Positions 27,436 through 37,673 of a stretch of 64,000 nt of DNA are shown here, one piece after another. Made by a program: the position numbers and the translations under genes. The stretch spans positions 672,001 through 736,000 of the forward strand of contig OZ243916.1 in the NCBI GenBank assembly GCA_965213675.1, read 5' to 3'. Numbering within the stretch: position 1 is the stretch's first letter; the number at the start of each line of letters is the position of its first letter. This stretch comes from an uncultured Candidatus Binatia bacterium. Lineage in GTDB: Bacteria; Desulfobacterota; Binatia; UBA9968; JAJDTQ01. The notes below the pieces were generated by a model, which saw nothing but the letters and a program-made list of their open reading frames with translations, was not told where the DNA came from and did no database searches.

Positions 27436-28542
27436 ATGAAGGACGGATTGAAGGTCATGGATTCGGATATGCACGTGCGCGAGCCCGCGGATCTCTGGGA
27501 GAAATACCTGGAGCCCGAGTGGCGCGACCGGGGACCCAGGATTCTCAGTGCCACCACCCGCAGCTCGGCCATGGTCTTGCTCGACGGCAAGATTCTCAAG
27601 GGCTATCCGCCAGCGTACCGCGGCGGCATCTTCGACGCCACCCGCATCGACGCCGAGATCGCCGGCGCCCGCGCCCGGGGTTTTGACGGCGTGTCCCAAC
27701 TCGACGCCATGGAGAAGGAGGGACTCGACCTCGCCGTGATGTTTCCGTCCATCGGCCTGGGTGTCATGATGCGCGACGACATGGAGCCCAAGCTCGGGGC
27801 CGCGGTGGCGCGAGCCTACAACAATTGGCTCCACGACTTCTGCCAGACCGACCCGGCGCGCATGAAAGGCGCCGCCATGCTTTCGCTCCACGACGTCACC
27901 GAGGCCGCCCGTGAGGCCAGGCGGGCGGTGGAGGAACTGGGCTTCGTGGCCGTGTTCGCGCGCCCCGAACCGCTGCGCTCGCTGCCCTGGCACTCTCGCT
28001 ACTACGACATGCTGTGGTCCACTCTGGAGGAGCTGGGCATTCCCATCGGCTTTCATTCGGCGGCCTCCGCGGGGGAGGTGCGGCAGATGGGCGACCTGTT
28101 CGGCGACGACCTGCTGCTGCGGCACATCTGCGAGCACCCCATGTCCAACATGATGGCCATGGTGGACGTCATAGGCGGCGGCGTGCTGGAGCGCCACCCC
28201 AGGCTCAAGGTAGCCTTCCTCGAATGCTACTGCGGCTGGGTCTCCTTCATGCTTCACCGCATGGACGGCGCCATGGACAAGGCGCGGCACCCCAACGTCT
28301 CGGAGCTCAGGCCCAGCGAGTTCTTCAAACGCCAGTGCTGGATCTCCACCGAGTCGGAGAAGGAACTCCCCATGATCGCCGAGCTCATCGGTGACGACAA
28401 CATCGTCTACTCCACCGACTATCCCCACGGCGACTCGGACTTTCCCCACGCGGTGGAAGAGTTTCTGGAAGTGGAAGGCGTTTCGCGGGAGACGAAGCGA
28501 AAGATCCTCTGGGACAACTGCGCGCGGCTGTATGATCTGTGA
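27436..28542 (+). CDS. Amidohydrolase_2-family metalloprotein
   Basis: Start MKDGLKVMDSDMH; GFHS, FLECY, STDYPHGD. Confidence 0.9.
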   Translation: MKDGLKVMDSDMHVREPADLWEKYLEPEWRDRGPRILSATTRSSAMVLLDGKILKGYPPAYRGGIFDATRIDAEIAGARARGFDGVSQLDAMEKEGLDLAVMFPSIGLGVMMRDDMEPKLGAAVARAYNNWLHDFCQTDPARMKGAAMLSLHDVTEAAREARRAVEELGFVAVFARPEPLRSLPWHSRYYDMLWSTLEELGIPIGFHSAASAGEVRQMGDLFGDDLLLRHICEHPMSNMMAMVDVIGGGVLERHPRLKVAFLECYCGWVSFMLHRMDGAMDKARHPNVSELRPSEFFKRQCWISTESEKELPMIAELIGDDNIVYSTDYPHGDSDFPHAVEEFLEVEGVSRETKRKILWDNCARLYDL

Positions 28543-28622
28543 ACGCTGATCGAGTCGGGGAGTCCCGGTAAGCCATCTCTGGCGGAATTCTGCAGTGGTG
28601 AGATGTGCGGAGGGACGCCAGA

Positions 28623-29786
28623 TTAGACCAATTTCTGCTTTCGCTGGTCCTCGTACGCCGCCGTGGCCGCGGCGACTCCCTCCATCGCGGCGGCGCGGAA
28701 TTCCGGTTGGCGCCTTGCGGCCGCGTCGTAGCTGGTTTGCCGGCCTTCGAACTGGCCCTGGAAGTGCGGTACCACGTGCCGGGCGAACAATTCGTAGCTG
28801 CGCCGGGTGGCGTCCCAGTCGGCCCAGTCGTGGCACATGAACAGCACGACGCCGAAGCCGCCGGTGCCGGCCTGCATGCGCTCGATTTCGCGGATGGCGT
28901 CGTCGGGGGCACCGATGATGGCGCGGCCGGACTCGACGATGAACTTGCGGGTGTCGGTGACCTCCTTGGGGACGGTTTGGTTGGGGAGCACGTCACGGGC
29001 ATAGCCGCCCCAGGCGTCGATGCCGAAGCGCACATCCTCCATGGCCTGGGCGCGCGTGTCGGCGAGGTGCATCTGCACGGCGATGCGGAAGTGTCCGCGG
29101 TCGGCCACGCGGCCCGCGCCGGCCGCGGCCTCTTCGTAAATCCCCCAGTTGCGCGCATAGACGGCCAGTGCGTCGTCGGAGTGCCCACCCAGGGACAACA
29201 GGCCCAATCCGTGACGCCCGGCGAGCAGCGCGCCCGCGGGGGATCGGATGGTGGTGACCGCCATGTCCATCCGCGGCCGGGTGAAGGATGCGTGTTGCAG
29301 CCTGGCCTGGTCCAGGGTGAACCAGTCGGTGCTGGCGCTCACGCGCTCGCCCTCCAGTAGCGGGATGATGACGTCCAGCGCCTCGTTCATCATGCGCCGG
29401 GTGCGGCGCGGGTCGATGCCCATCTGCGTGGCGTCCGAGGGCAGGGCGCCCGGTCCCACGCCGAACATGGCGCGCCCGCGGGTCATGTGGTCGAGCTGCA
29501 CCATGGTGTCGGCGACCATGAAGGGGTGCGCGTAGGGCAGGGACTTCACGCCCGTGCCGAGGCGGATGCGCCGGGTCTCCCGGGCCGCCGCCGCGATGAG
29601 AAGTTCCGGCGCGGCGATGGTTTCGAATCCGCCCGAGTGGTGCTCGCCTATCCACGCCTCGTCGTAGCCCAGGCGATCCAGCAGCGCGATGAGTTCGAGG
29701 TCGCGTTCGAACAGGAGGGTGGGGTTCTCGTTCAGCGCATGGAAGGGCGCCAGGAAAACCCCGAAACGGAGCATGGTATCAGACAC
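28623..29786 (-). CDS. LLM-class flavin-dependent monooxygenase (limonene-monooxygenase-like clade)
   Basis: LRFGVFLAPFH, AWIGEHHSGG, IRLGTGV, DHMTRGR; GTG start with GGGAG SD (alternative ATG 29774). Confidence 0.88.
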   Translation of the reverse strand: MSDTMLRFGVFLAPFHALNENPTLLFERDLELIALLDRLGYDEAWIGEHHSGGFETIAAPELLIAAAARETRRIRLGTGVKSLPYAHPFMVADTMVQLDHMTRGRAMFGVGPGALPSDATQMGIDPRRTRRMMNEALDVIIPLLEGERVSASTDWFTLDQARLQHASFTRPRMDMAVTTIRSPAGALLAGRHGLGLLSLGGHSDDALAVYARNWGIYEEAAAGAGRVADRGHFRIAVQMHLADTRAQAMEDVRFGIDAWGGYARDVLPNQTVPKEVTDTRKFIVESGRAIIGAPDDAIREIERMQAGTGGFGVVLFMCHDWADWDATRRSYELFARHVVPHFQGQFEGRQTSYDAAARRQPEFRAAAMEGVAAATAAYEDQRKQKLV

Positions 29787-29830
29787 GCGGAAGTTCTCCC
29801 TTCGTCGCCGGGTTTCGGTGTCGTGGAAAC

Positions 29831-30967
29831 CTACGCATCGATGCCGTAGAAATTCACGCAGTTGTCCCACAGGATCTTGCGCGCGTGCTCTACCGGCAAT
29901 TCCTGCTGGAGGAAGGCGTCCACGGCGTGGGGGAACTCCGAATCGCTGTGGGGGTAATCGGAGGAGAAGACGATATTATCGTCGCCCATGAGTTGGATGA
30001 CCGAGCCCACTTCGCGCTCCTCGCCCTCGCAGCCGACCACGCACTGCCGTTTGAAGTATTCGCTGGGCTTCATGGTGAGCAGCGGCGCGTCCGCGGCGCC
30101 CAACTGCTCCCAGTGCGTATCCATGCGGCTCAGCCATGACGGCGTCCAACCGCAGTTGCACTCCAGGAAGGCCACCTTGAGTTCGGGGAAGCGCTCCAGC
30201 ACGCCACCGACGATGATGTCCACCATGGTAACCATCTGGCCCGTCACATGGCTGCAGATGTGGCGCATGAGACGGTTGTTCTGGCCGAAACGTTCGATGT
30301 GCGGGTAGTAGCCGGAGTTGGTGCACTCGTGGAAGCCCACGGGCATGCCCAGCGCCTCCAACTCCGCCCACAGCGGCTCCCAGTAGAGCCCGAACCAAGT
30401 GTCGCCGGGGAGCGGCGTGGCCCGCAGGAAGGCGGTGACGAACCCCAGATCCTTGGCCGCGCGCCGGGCTTCGCGCACTGCCAGGGATACGTCGTGGGGC
30501 GGCAGCATGGCGGCGCCCTTGAGGCGCGTCGGGTTTTCCTGGCAGAAGTCGTAGAGCCAGTTGTTGTAGGCGCGGCAGATGGCTTCGGCCAGAAGCGGGT
30601 CCATGTCCGGCACGGTCATGATGTGCAGGCACGCGGTGGGGAACAGCACCGCCACGTCCAGTCCTTCGATGTCCATGGCCTGGAGCTGGGACCTGGGACT
30701 GAAGCCTTGCTCCCGCGCGAAGCTGATCACGTCCTCGCGTTTGTGCGCGCGCCGCTTGCCGATCATGCGCGCGTCGTTCGCGAGGGAGGGGCTCTTGGCC
30801 CTTGGCTCCTTGCCATCCAGGAGCAAGAGATTGAAATCGCCCCGGCTGGGAACGTTCACGACCCGCGGCGCATGCTGCTTGAAAGGCGGGTCCACGTAGT
30901 TCTCCCAGAGGTCGGGCGGTTCCATGATGTGCATGTCGGAATCGATGATCCTGAGACCGTTCTTCAT
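29831..30967 (-). CDS. Amidohydrolase_2-family metalloprotein
   Basis: Start MKNGLRIIDSDMH with AAGGAG SD; GFHE, FLECN, SSDYPHSD. Confidence 0.9.
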   Translation of the reverse strand: MKNGLRIIDSDMHIMEPPDLWENYVDPPFKQHAPRVVNVPSRGDFNLLLLDGKEPRAKSPSLANDARMIGKRRAHKREDVISFAREQGFSPRSQLQAMDIEGLDVAVLFPTACLHIMTVPDMDPLLAEAICRAYNNWLYDFCQENPTRLKGAAMLPPHDVSLAVREARRAAKDLGFVTAFLRATPLPGDTWFGLYWEPLWAELEALGMPVGFHECTNSGYYPHIERFGQNNRLMRHICSHVTGQMVTMVDIIVGGVLERFPELKVAFLECNCGWTPSWLSRMDTHWEQLGAADAPLLTMKPSEYFKRQCVVGCEGEEREVGSVIQLMGDDNIVFSSDYPHSDSEFPHAVDAFLQQELPVEHARKILWDNCVNFYGIDA

Positions 30968-31043
30968 GGGGGTCTCCTTTACGGAAGCGTCGGGTGATTC
31001 AGTCCGCATACCGTTGGCCTTCGCGCGCGTCAAGGCGGCGCCT

Positions 31044-31073
31044 TTGACTCCCGCGGCGCGCCGTTTCTATAGT
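31044..31073 (+). promoter_or_regulatory. Putative sigma70 promoter for the CoA-transferase gene
   Basis: TTGACT-18 bp-TATAGT. Confidence 0.55.
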
Positions 31074-31153
31074 GTAGCCAGCGTTGGCTTCCGCTTGTTC
31101 CCGCGCCGGCGTGCGCGGAGCCGACAGGCACACCGTGAAGAAGGAGTGAATGG

Positions 31154-32335
31154 ATGGCACAAGCCCTCGGCGGCATCAGGATTCTCGATCTCAGCAACTA
31201 CATCGCCGGGCCGTTCGCGGCCATGTTGCTGGCGGACATGGGCGCGGCGGTGGTGAAGATCGAGAACACCAACGGCGGCGACCCCTTTCGGAAGTGGGGC
31301 CGGGAGCCGCGCATGTACAGTCCGTTGTTCCGCAGCTACAACCGCAACAAGCGGGCCATGACCCTCAACCTGCGTCACGCCGAAGGCAAGGAGATCTTCC
31401 TGCGCATGGTGGAGGAAGCCGACATCGTCATCGAGAACTATCGGCCGGGGGTCATGGATCGCCTGGAACTCGGTTACGAGCGCCTCAATCAACGGAACCC
31501 GCGACTGATCTACTGCGGCATATCCGCGTTCGGGCAGAGCGGGCCGTACCGGGAGAAGCCGGGCTTCGATACTCTGGGCCAGTGCCTCAGCGGCTTGTTG
31601 AGCCAGATCATCGACCCGAAAAAGCCGCAACCGCCGGGTCTCGCCTTCTCCGACCACCTGGGCGGCATGTTCGCCTGTTACGGCATTCTCGCCGCGCTGA
31701 TGGCTCGGGAGAAGACCGGCAAGGGCCAGAAGGTGGAAACCTCTCTCATGGAGGCGTCCATGGCGTTCATCGGACGCAGCATCATTCAGTACTTCGCCAC
31801 CGGCGATATCCCCAATGTGGAGAGCCGCGGGCGTTCCGCCGGTGTTTTCGCATTGCTGGCGGGTGACGGCCTTCCGTTCGTCATCCACCTCTCGCACCTC
31901 AACAAGTTCTTCGTGGGCCTGACCCGCGCCATCGAACGTTCGGAGCTGGCGGACGATGCGCGGTTCCGGGAACACCCGGACCGACTGGCCCATTACGACG
32001 AACTCAAGGCCATCCTGCAGGAAGTCGTCGGCGCCAGGCCCCGTGCACACTGGCTCGAGGCCCTGAGTCGGAACGACGTGGCCAATGCCCCCATCAACCG
32101 CCTCGACGAAGTGTTCGCCGACCCCCAGGTGCGGCACCTGGATCGAATCGCGGAAGTGGAACATCCCCGCCACGGCTCACTCCACACGGTGCGGAGCGGC
32201 GTCAACCTGAGCGATACCCCGGCGAACGTGTCTGGCCTGCCGCCGGAGTTGGGCGAGCACACCGCGGAAATCCTGCGGGAGCTGGGCTTCAGCCAGGAAC
32301 AGATCGACCAATGGGCGGCAGCGGGGACAACCTGA
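31154..32335 (+). CDS. Family III CoA-transferase (CaiB/BaiF)
   Basis: ILDLSNYIAGP, LADMGA, NRNKR, ENYRPG, PGFD. Confidence 0.92.
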   Translation: MAQALGGIRILDLSNYIAGPFAAMLLADMGAAVVKIENTNGGDPFRKWGREPRMYSPLFRSYNRNKRAMTLNLRHAEGKEIFLRMVEEADIVIENYRPGVMDRLELGYERLNQRNPRLIYCGISAFGQSGPYREKPGFDTLGQCLSGLLSQIIDPKKPQPPGLAFSDHLGGMFACYGILAALMAREKTGKGQKVETSLMEASMAFIGRSIIQYFATGDIPNVESRGRSAGVFALLAGDGLPFVIHLSHLNKFFVGLTRAIERSELADDARFREHPDRLAHYDELKAILQEVVGARPRAHWLEALSRNDVANAPINRLDEVFADPQVRHLDRIAEVEHPRHGSLHTVRSGVNLSDTPANVSGLPPELGEHTAEILRELGFSQEQIDQWAAAGTT

Positions 32336-32478
32336 TGGGGTTGCGCGTGGAAACGCGGTCCGGCGCACACCGGCGTGTGGCGCCCGCGGCGGGGGTGGAT
32401 GGGGCTCGCGTCCATTGAACCCAAGCATGTTCGCGCGCAACCCCGAATGATCTCGACAACGCGGAAGGAGCCCTTACC

Positions 32479-33606
32479 ATGGCCCGAGACGGTTTCAATA
32501 TCTTCGATAGCGACATGCACGTGTTTGAGCCGCACGATCTCTACCTGAAGCACATGGATCCCAAGTGGGGCGAGCGGATTCCCAGAGGCGCGCCGCGCAC
32601 ACGCCACGGACAGGTGAAGTTCACCTATGGCGACGGCACGCCGGTGCGCCTCTCCGGCATTTCGTCGCGCCCCAACGTGACCCCGGGCGAAGACAAGGTG
32701 GCCCACCGTTACACGAAGCCCCTGGCCCGGGACTATGACGCGGTCTCCCAGTTGGAGGCCATGGACGAAGAAGGGCTGGACGTGGCGGTTTTGTTTCGCA
32801 CCTTTCCGCTGCACACGGACGACACGCTGGAGCCGGAGTTCGCCAACGCCTTGTGCCGTGCCTGGAACGACTGGTGCGCGGAGTTTTGCAAGGAGAATCC
32901 CGCGCGCCTCAAGGCCTCGGCGCTGATCACCCTTCACGATGTGGATATGGCGGTGGACGAGACCCGGCGGGCGGTGACGGAGTTGGGAGCCGTCGGATTA
33001 TGTCTCGTGCCGGAGCCAGCCAATGGCCGGCACATTCACGAGCGTCACTTCGATCCCCTGTGGCGCGAGGCGGAGCGCCTGAATGTCCCCGTCTGCTTCC
33101 ATCCGGCGGCGGCTCCGCGCATGGATCAGGTGGCGCGGCGGTTCAATGGCCTGCCCAACGAAGGACTTCTGGTCAACGCGTTCAGGAATCCCGTGGAACT
33201 CATGCTGGCGGTGGGGAGTTTTTGCGGCGGCGGGGTGCTGGAGCGCTTCCCGCGCCTCAAGGTGGCGTTCCTGGAAGGCAACTGCGCTTGGCTGCCATGG
33301 GCGCTCTACCGCCTGGACGAACGCTGGGAGTTGCGCCAGCATCTGTGCGACGAGCCCTTGTCCATGAATCCGAGCGACTATTTCATGCGCCAATGCGTCG
33401 TCGCCACGGATGTGGAGGAAGATCTGGCCGCGGACGTGGTGGCGCGGCTCGGCGACGGCAATATCGTCATCTCCACCGACTACCCCCACGCCGATTCGCG
33501 CTGGCCGGAAGCGGTGGCGAGCTTCCTCGGGATGGGCGGCCTCGGCGACGCCTCAAAGCGCAAGATCCTTTGGGACAACAGCGCGAAACTCTACGGCCTC
33601 GGGTAG
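32479..33606 (+). CDS. Amidohydrolase_2-family metalloprotein
   Basis: FDSDMH, CFHP, FLEGN, STDYPHAD; SD AAGGAG. Confidence 0.9.
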   Translation: MARDGFNIFDSDMHVFEPHDLYLKHMDPKWGERIPRGAPRTRHGQVKFTYGDGTPVRLSGISSRPNVTPGEDKVAHRYTKPLARDYDAVSQLEAMDEEGLDVAVLFRTFPLHTDDTLEPEFANALCRAWNDWCAEFCKENPARLKASALITLHDVDMAVDETRRAVTELGAVGLCLVPEPANGRHIHERHFDPLWREAERLNVPVCFHPAAAPRMDQVARRFNGLPNEGLLVNAFRNPVELMLAVGSFCGGGVLERFPRLKVAFLEGNCAWLPWALYRLDERWELRQHLCDEPLSMNPSDYFMRQCVVATDVEEDLAADVVARLGDGNIVISTDYPHADSRWPEAVASFLGMGGLGDASKRKILWDNSAKLYGLG

Positions 33607-33678
33607 TTGGCTCCTCGACGGCGTGACGCGGCGCCAGCGATACGCGCGGGTCCACGCAGTTGCGAAACGCGTTCCTGG

Positions 33679-33768
33679 GAGCCTGCGGGATTTGAGTCCA
33701 GGGCGGGGGCGACCGGACGGTCGCCCCCGCGGGAAATCGTCCGGTCACGGTTCTTGCGGCGCAGGCTC
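33679..33768. repeat. Short element with family B/C ends enclosing a REP-like palindrome
   Basis: GAGCCTGCG ... TTCTTGCGGCGCAGGCTC abutting the TAG of the isochorismatase gene; internal gcgggggcgaccggacggtcgcccccgc. Confidence 0.55.
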
Positions 33769-34473
33769 CTATACCGCCTGCCTGAGGGGCTGCGCCTCGA
33801 AGTGCTGTTTCACTTCCGTCAGCTTCATCACGTCCGCGTATTTGTGGTGCAGGTCGAACAGGTTGACCTTGTGGGAGATGATGCTGCGGTCGAAGACGCA
33901 TTCCTCGACGATGGAGGCATGGTAGCCGTTGGAGTAGGCGTCCACCACGCTGGCGCGGACGCATCCGCTGGTGCTCTCGCCGCACACGATCAGCGAGCTT
34001 ATGCCGAGGCGGGTCAGGTGGGCGATGAGCGGCGTGCCGTAGAAGCCGCTGGCGCGTTCCTTGTAGATGATGATGTCCTCGGGCTGCGGCGCGAAGTCCT
34101 TGTAGATCTCGTAGTCGTCCGGGTTGATCCCCGTTATCTGACGGTTGGTGGCGTGCACCGATGCGGGCGCGACTTCTTTCCGCGTCTCGGTGGTGGTGTA
34201 GAAGATGGGCAACCCTTGGGCGCGCGCCAAGGCGAAGAGTTCCCTGGTGGGCTCGATGGCCTCGAACGCGTTGATGCCGCACGAACTCTTGTATTCCTTC
34301 ACCACTTCGTGAACGGGCTGGGGGCCGCCCCGATAGGCGAGGTTGTAGAGGTCGATGGCCAGCAGCGCGGGACGCTCGCCCACGAAGATCTCCCGGCGGT
34401 AGGGTTTGTAGATGTCCATGATCTCTTCGGTCACGATGTCCTGCCAGCAATGATCTTCGAATTTGTCCACCAT
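33769..34473 (-). CDS. Isochorismatase-family cysteine hydrolase (maleamate amidohydrolase / N-carbamoylsarcosine amidase-like)
   Basis: Start MVDKFEDH; triad D (AIDLY), K (YKERASGF), C (STSGCVRASVVDA). Confidence 0.88.
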   Translation of the reverse strand: MVDKFEDHCWQDIVTEEIMDIYKPYRREIFVGERPALLAIDLYNLAYRGGPQPVHEVVKEYKSSCGINAFEAIEPTRELFALARAQGLPIFYTTTETRKEVAPASVHATNRQITGINPDDYEIYKDFAPQPEDIIIYKERASGFYGTPLIAHLTRLGISSLIVCGESTSGCVRASVVDAYSNGYHASIVEECVFDRSIISHKVNLFDLHHKYADVMKLTEVKQHFEAQPLRQAV

Positions 34474-34721
34474 AGGGAATCTCCCTTTCCGTGTTTGATC
34501 GAGTGTTGATACCGTTTCGGTTCCCGCGGTGTCAACCTTGCGCGGGCGTCCGGTTCGCACGCCGGCGGTTCCCGGGGAAGGACCCGGAAATGTCCGGGCT
34601 CCGGCCGCATGCCGGCGCGGGGCCGTCTTGCCCAAGGGTTCCCAATCCGGCCCGCGCGCACGGCTGCATGACGGTCGCCGAATTCGCATTTTGACGGGTT
34701 CGCGGGTAGCCTCTCCTGCCC

Positions 34722-35585
34722 ATGTGGTTCGTGCTGTCGCTCCTCTCCGCCCTGTTCCAGGTGCTGCGCAACATCTCCATGAAGCACCTGGGCCATGAGC
34801 TGGACGACATCATCAACGTGTGGGGCCGGTTCACGTTCCTGCTGCCGTTCGTGGCTCTGGGTTCGGCCTGGCACGGGTTGCCCGAGTTGGAGGACGGGTT
34901 CTGGCTCTATGCGCTCGGCTTCGGCGTCACCCAGTCCATTGCCACCCTGAGCCTCTCCAAAGCGCTCAAGCTGTCGGGCATCGCCATTGTCACCTCCCTG
35001 TGGAAGCTGAGCCTGTTGTTCCTGGTGCTGTTCGCCTACGTGACTCTCGACGAAACGCCGTCGGCCGCGGGGCTCGCGGGCGTATTGCTGAGCACCGCCG
35101 GCGTCTATCTCCTGAACGTGCAGAAGAGCCGCATTTCCGCATGGGCGCCGCTGCGTGAACTGTTCGTGGACCCGGGCTTGCGCTACACCCTGGCGGCAGC
35201 CTTCTTCTACGCGCCTTCGGTGGTGCTGGTGAAGCTGTTGATCCTCAATTCCGACGTCTACTTCGCCAACCTGGCGGGCTATCTCGTGGCCTCGCTGATG
35301 GTGCTGCCGCTGGCGCTGCGTCACTCCGCCGGCCATTTCCGCGCCATCCCCCGCCACAGGTGGTCGTTCATGGCCATGGGTCTGTGCGCGGCGCTCACCA
35401 GCATCTGCCATAGCCTGGCCTACGAACTGACCCTCACCTCCTACGTCGAGGCGGTGAAGCAGGCCGAAATCCTGTTCGCCCTGGCCGCGGGCTGGCTCGT
35501 GTTCGACGAGCGCGCGCGGGTGCGCGAGATCCTGCCCGGGAGCCTCACCATCATGGCTGGCATGGTGTTGCTGCGCTTGAGCTAG
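34722..35585 (+). CDS. EamA/DMT family transporter
   Basis: About 10 TM segments in two repeats; stop TAG overlaps the MITE A end. Confidence 0.85.
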   Translation: MWFVLSLLSALFQVLRNISMKHLGHELDDIINVWGRFTFLLPFVALGSAWHGLPELEDGFWLYALGFGVTQSIATLSLSKALKLSGIAIVTSLWKLSLLFLVLFAYVTLDETPSAAGLAGVLLSTAGVYLLNVQKSRISAWAPLRELFVDPGLRYTLAAAFFYAPSVVLVKLLILNSDVYFANLAGYLVASLMVLPLALRHSAGHFRAIPRHRWSFMAMGLCAALTSICHSLAYELTLTSYVEAVKQAEILFALAAGWLVFDERARVREILPGSLTIMAGMVLLRLS

Positions 35586-35745
35586 TGTGGTGTCTGGATA
35601 ATTCGGGTCATAATGTGCGGAGGATTTTTAGTTGTCGGCAAGGCGCGATGACGAGCAGTGGCGTGTACCACGCGAGGAAGAGCAACGCAGCCGACGACGA
35701 ATAAGACCCGCAGATTATGACGCGAACTAACCAGACACCACACTA
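35583..35745. mobile_element. MITE family A copy 2 (inverted, more diverged)
   Basis: 163 bp, TAGTGTGGTGTCTGG ... CCAGACACCACACTA, in CTAG context at both ends; interior is the reverse complement of copies 1 and 3. Confidence 0.9.
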
Positions 35746-35746
35746 G

Positions 35747-35803
35747 GGTCGCAGGAATTCGCGATAGCGAATTTGCAGCGGTGCGTTCCTGCGGTGCAAG
35801 CTC
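35747..35803. repeat. Deleted derivative of the MITE at 59224-59382
   Basis: gcaggaattcgcgatagcgaa+tttgcagcggtgcgttcctgcggtgcaagctc matches both ends of the 59224 element. Confidence 0.6.
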
Positions 35804-35855
35804 CTGGCCGGCGGCAATGGATCAGGATTCCCTCTGGTGGCCTTTTGCACCTTGC

Positions 35856-36488
35856 TCAGGCGTTGAACCGGCTCCAGGTCCACAGGGGGCGTTGGCGGTA
35901 CAGCCGCTCGACGTCCACCGGCACGGCGGCCCCCGCGTCCCGGAGATACCGCGCGATGGGCCGCAAGGGCATCCCCACGGCGGCGAGGTAGTCGCCCTGG
36001 ATGCGCTCGATGAAATGGTGGCCGTCGCCCTGGATGGAGTACGCGCCGGCCTTGTCCATGGATTCGCCGCGAGCCAGATAGGCGCGTATGTCGGCGTCGG
36101 TGAAACGGCGCATGCGCACGTCCACGCGCTCCAGATGCGTGACTTCGTCGCCGGTGGCGCCGTGGATGAGCGCCAGCGCGGTGAGGATCCGGTGGTCGCG
36201 CCCGGAGAATCGCTGCAGGATGGCCGCCGCGTGTTCAATGCTGTCGGGCTTGCCGATCTTCTCGCCGTCCAATTCGATCAGCGTGTCGCCGCCGACAACC
36301 AGCGCCGTGGACTCCGCGCGCGCCACCGCGCGCGCCTTGCCCAGGGCCAGATCCAGGGCCTCGGCCTCGGGGGCAAGGTGCGCACGCGGGGTTTCGACGA
36401 AATCCGGAGCGCGCACTTCGAAGGGAAGGCCGAGAAGGGCGAGGATATCGCGCCGGCGCGGCGAGGTGGACGCCAGGATGATTCGCAT
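35856..36488 (-). CDS. maf: Maf family nucleotide pyrophosphatase
   Basis: IILASTSPRR, GGDT, GKP, DKAGAYSIQG, GMPL. Confidence 0.93.
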   Translation of the reverse strand: MRIILASTSPRRRDILALLGLPFEVRAPDFVETPRAHLAPEAEALDLALGKARAVARAESTALVVGGDTLIELDGEKIGKPDSIEHAAAILQRFSGRDHRILTALALIHGATGDEVTHLERVDVRMRRFTDADIRAYLARGESMDKAGAYSIQGDGHHFIERIQGDYLAAVGMPLRPIARYLRDAGAAVPVDVERLYRQRPLWTWSRFNA

Positions 36489-36530
36489 GGGGCGGCGCGT
36501 TGGGGTGAAATGCTTGCGGGCCGAAGACTG

Positions 36531-37673
36531 TCAGATCGGTGCGTGTCCCTGGACTTCGCTGACCGATGCGACATCCATGGACGCGGCCTCTCCGCCGGCG
36601 CTGACGATGCGCGCGACTTCGGCGGCGTTGCGCGCCTGGACCATGCGCGCGCGCCATTGGGCCGCGCCACGGAAACCCTTGCAGTACCACGCCAGGTGCT
36701 TGCGCATGGCGGGGAAACGGCGCTCGCCCCACAGGTCCTCGAAGTGCCGGCTGTGCTCGAGCAACACCCGGGTGCGCTCTTCGCGAGAGATCTCGGGGGC
36801 GGCCGCGCGGAACTCGGCGCCGCGGGTCAGCGCGTCCTTGGCCCACTGCTTGTCGCGGAACACCCAGGGGTTGCCCATGGCGCCGCGCCCCAGCAGCACG
36901 CCGTCGACGCCGGTGCGGCGCACACGCTCCACGACGTCGGCCATGGATTTGAGATCGCCGTTCCCCAGCACCAGGGTGCCCGTTCCGCGCGCCAACTCCA
37001 CCACCCGGCCGATGGCATCCCAGTCCGCCAAACCCCGGTACATCTGCTTCAGCGTGCGCCCATGCACCGACAGGGCCGCCGGCCGTTCGTCCAGCAACAC
37101 CGGGATCCACTCGTCCACCTGCACCCGGTCGTAGCCCACGCGGGTCTTGACCGAGAGGGGAATGGCGCGGCGCGCGATTCCCCGCGGCTGACCTTCGCTC
37201 ATGCTTCGTATCCGCTCCAGCACCTCGGGCGCCAAGGCGAGGTCCTCCAGGCGCTGCCCCGCGGCCCAGTCCGCGATGCCGCGGCGCGCGGCGCGGATCA
37301 ACTGCACCGCCAGCTCGGGATTGAGGATGAGGCCGGCGCCGCAACCCTTGTTGGCGACGTTCCTGGCCGGACAGCCCATGTTGATGTCGAGCCCGTCGAA
37401 GCCCAACTCACAGACGACATGAGCCACCTGGTAGAAGGCCTCGGGCGTGCGTCCGTAGATCTGGGCCAGGATGGGCCGTTCGCTCTCGCCGTAGACGAAG
37501 TCGCGCACGAAGCCGTCGGCGCCGCAACAGATGGCCTCCACGCTGGTGAACTCGGTCATGCACAGGTCGGGCCGTCCGTGCCGCGCGGCCACCAGCCGGA
37601 ACGAGGCGTCGGTGACCCCGTCCATGGGCGACAGGCCGACGATGGGCTTCTCGATGCGGTTCCAGAAACTCAT
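36531..37673 (-). CDS. tRNA-dihydrouridine synthase
   Basis: Start [10 protein letters not shown] (ATGA overlap with ispG stop); [30 protein letters not shown]. Confidence 0.92.
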   Translation of the reverse strand: MSFWNRIEKPIVGLSPMDGVTDASFRLVAARHGRPDLCMTEFTSVEAICCGADGFVRDFVYGESERPILAQIYGRTPEAFYQVAHVVCELGFDGLDINMGCPARNVANKGCGAGLILNPELAVQLIRAARRGIADWAAGQRLEDLALAPEVLERIRSMSEGQPRGIARRAIPLSVKTRVGYDRVQVDEWIPVLLDERPAALSVHGRTLKQMYRGLADWDAIGRVVELARGTGTLVLGNGDLKSMADVVERVRRTGVDGVLLGRGAMGNPWVFRDKQWAKDALTRGAEFRAAAPEISREERTRVLLEHSRHFEDLWGERRFPAMRKHLAWYCKGFRGAAQWRARMVQARNAAEVARIVSAGGEAASMDVASVSEVQGHAPI

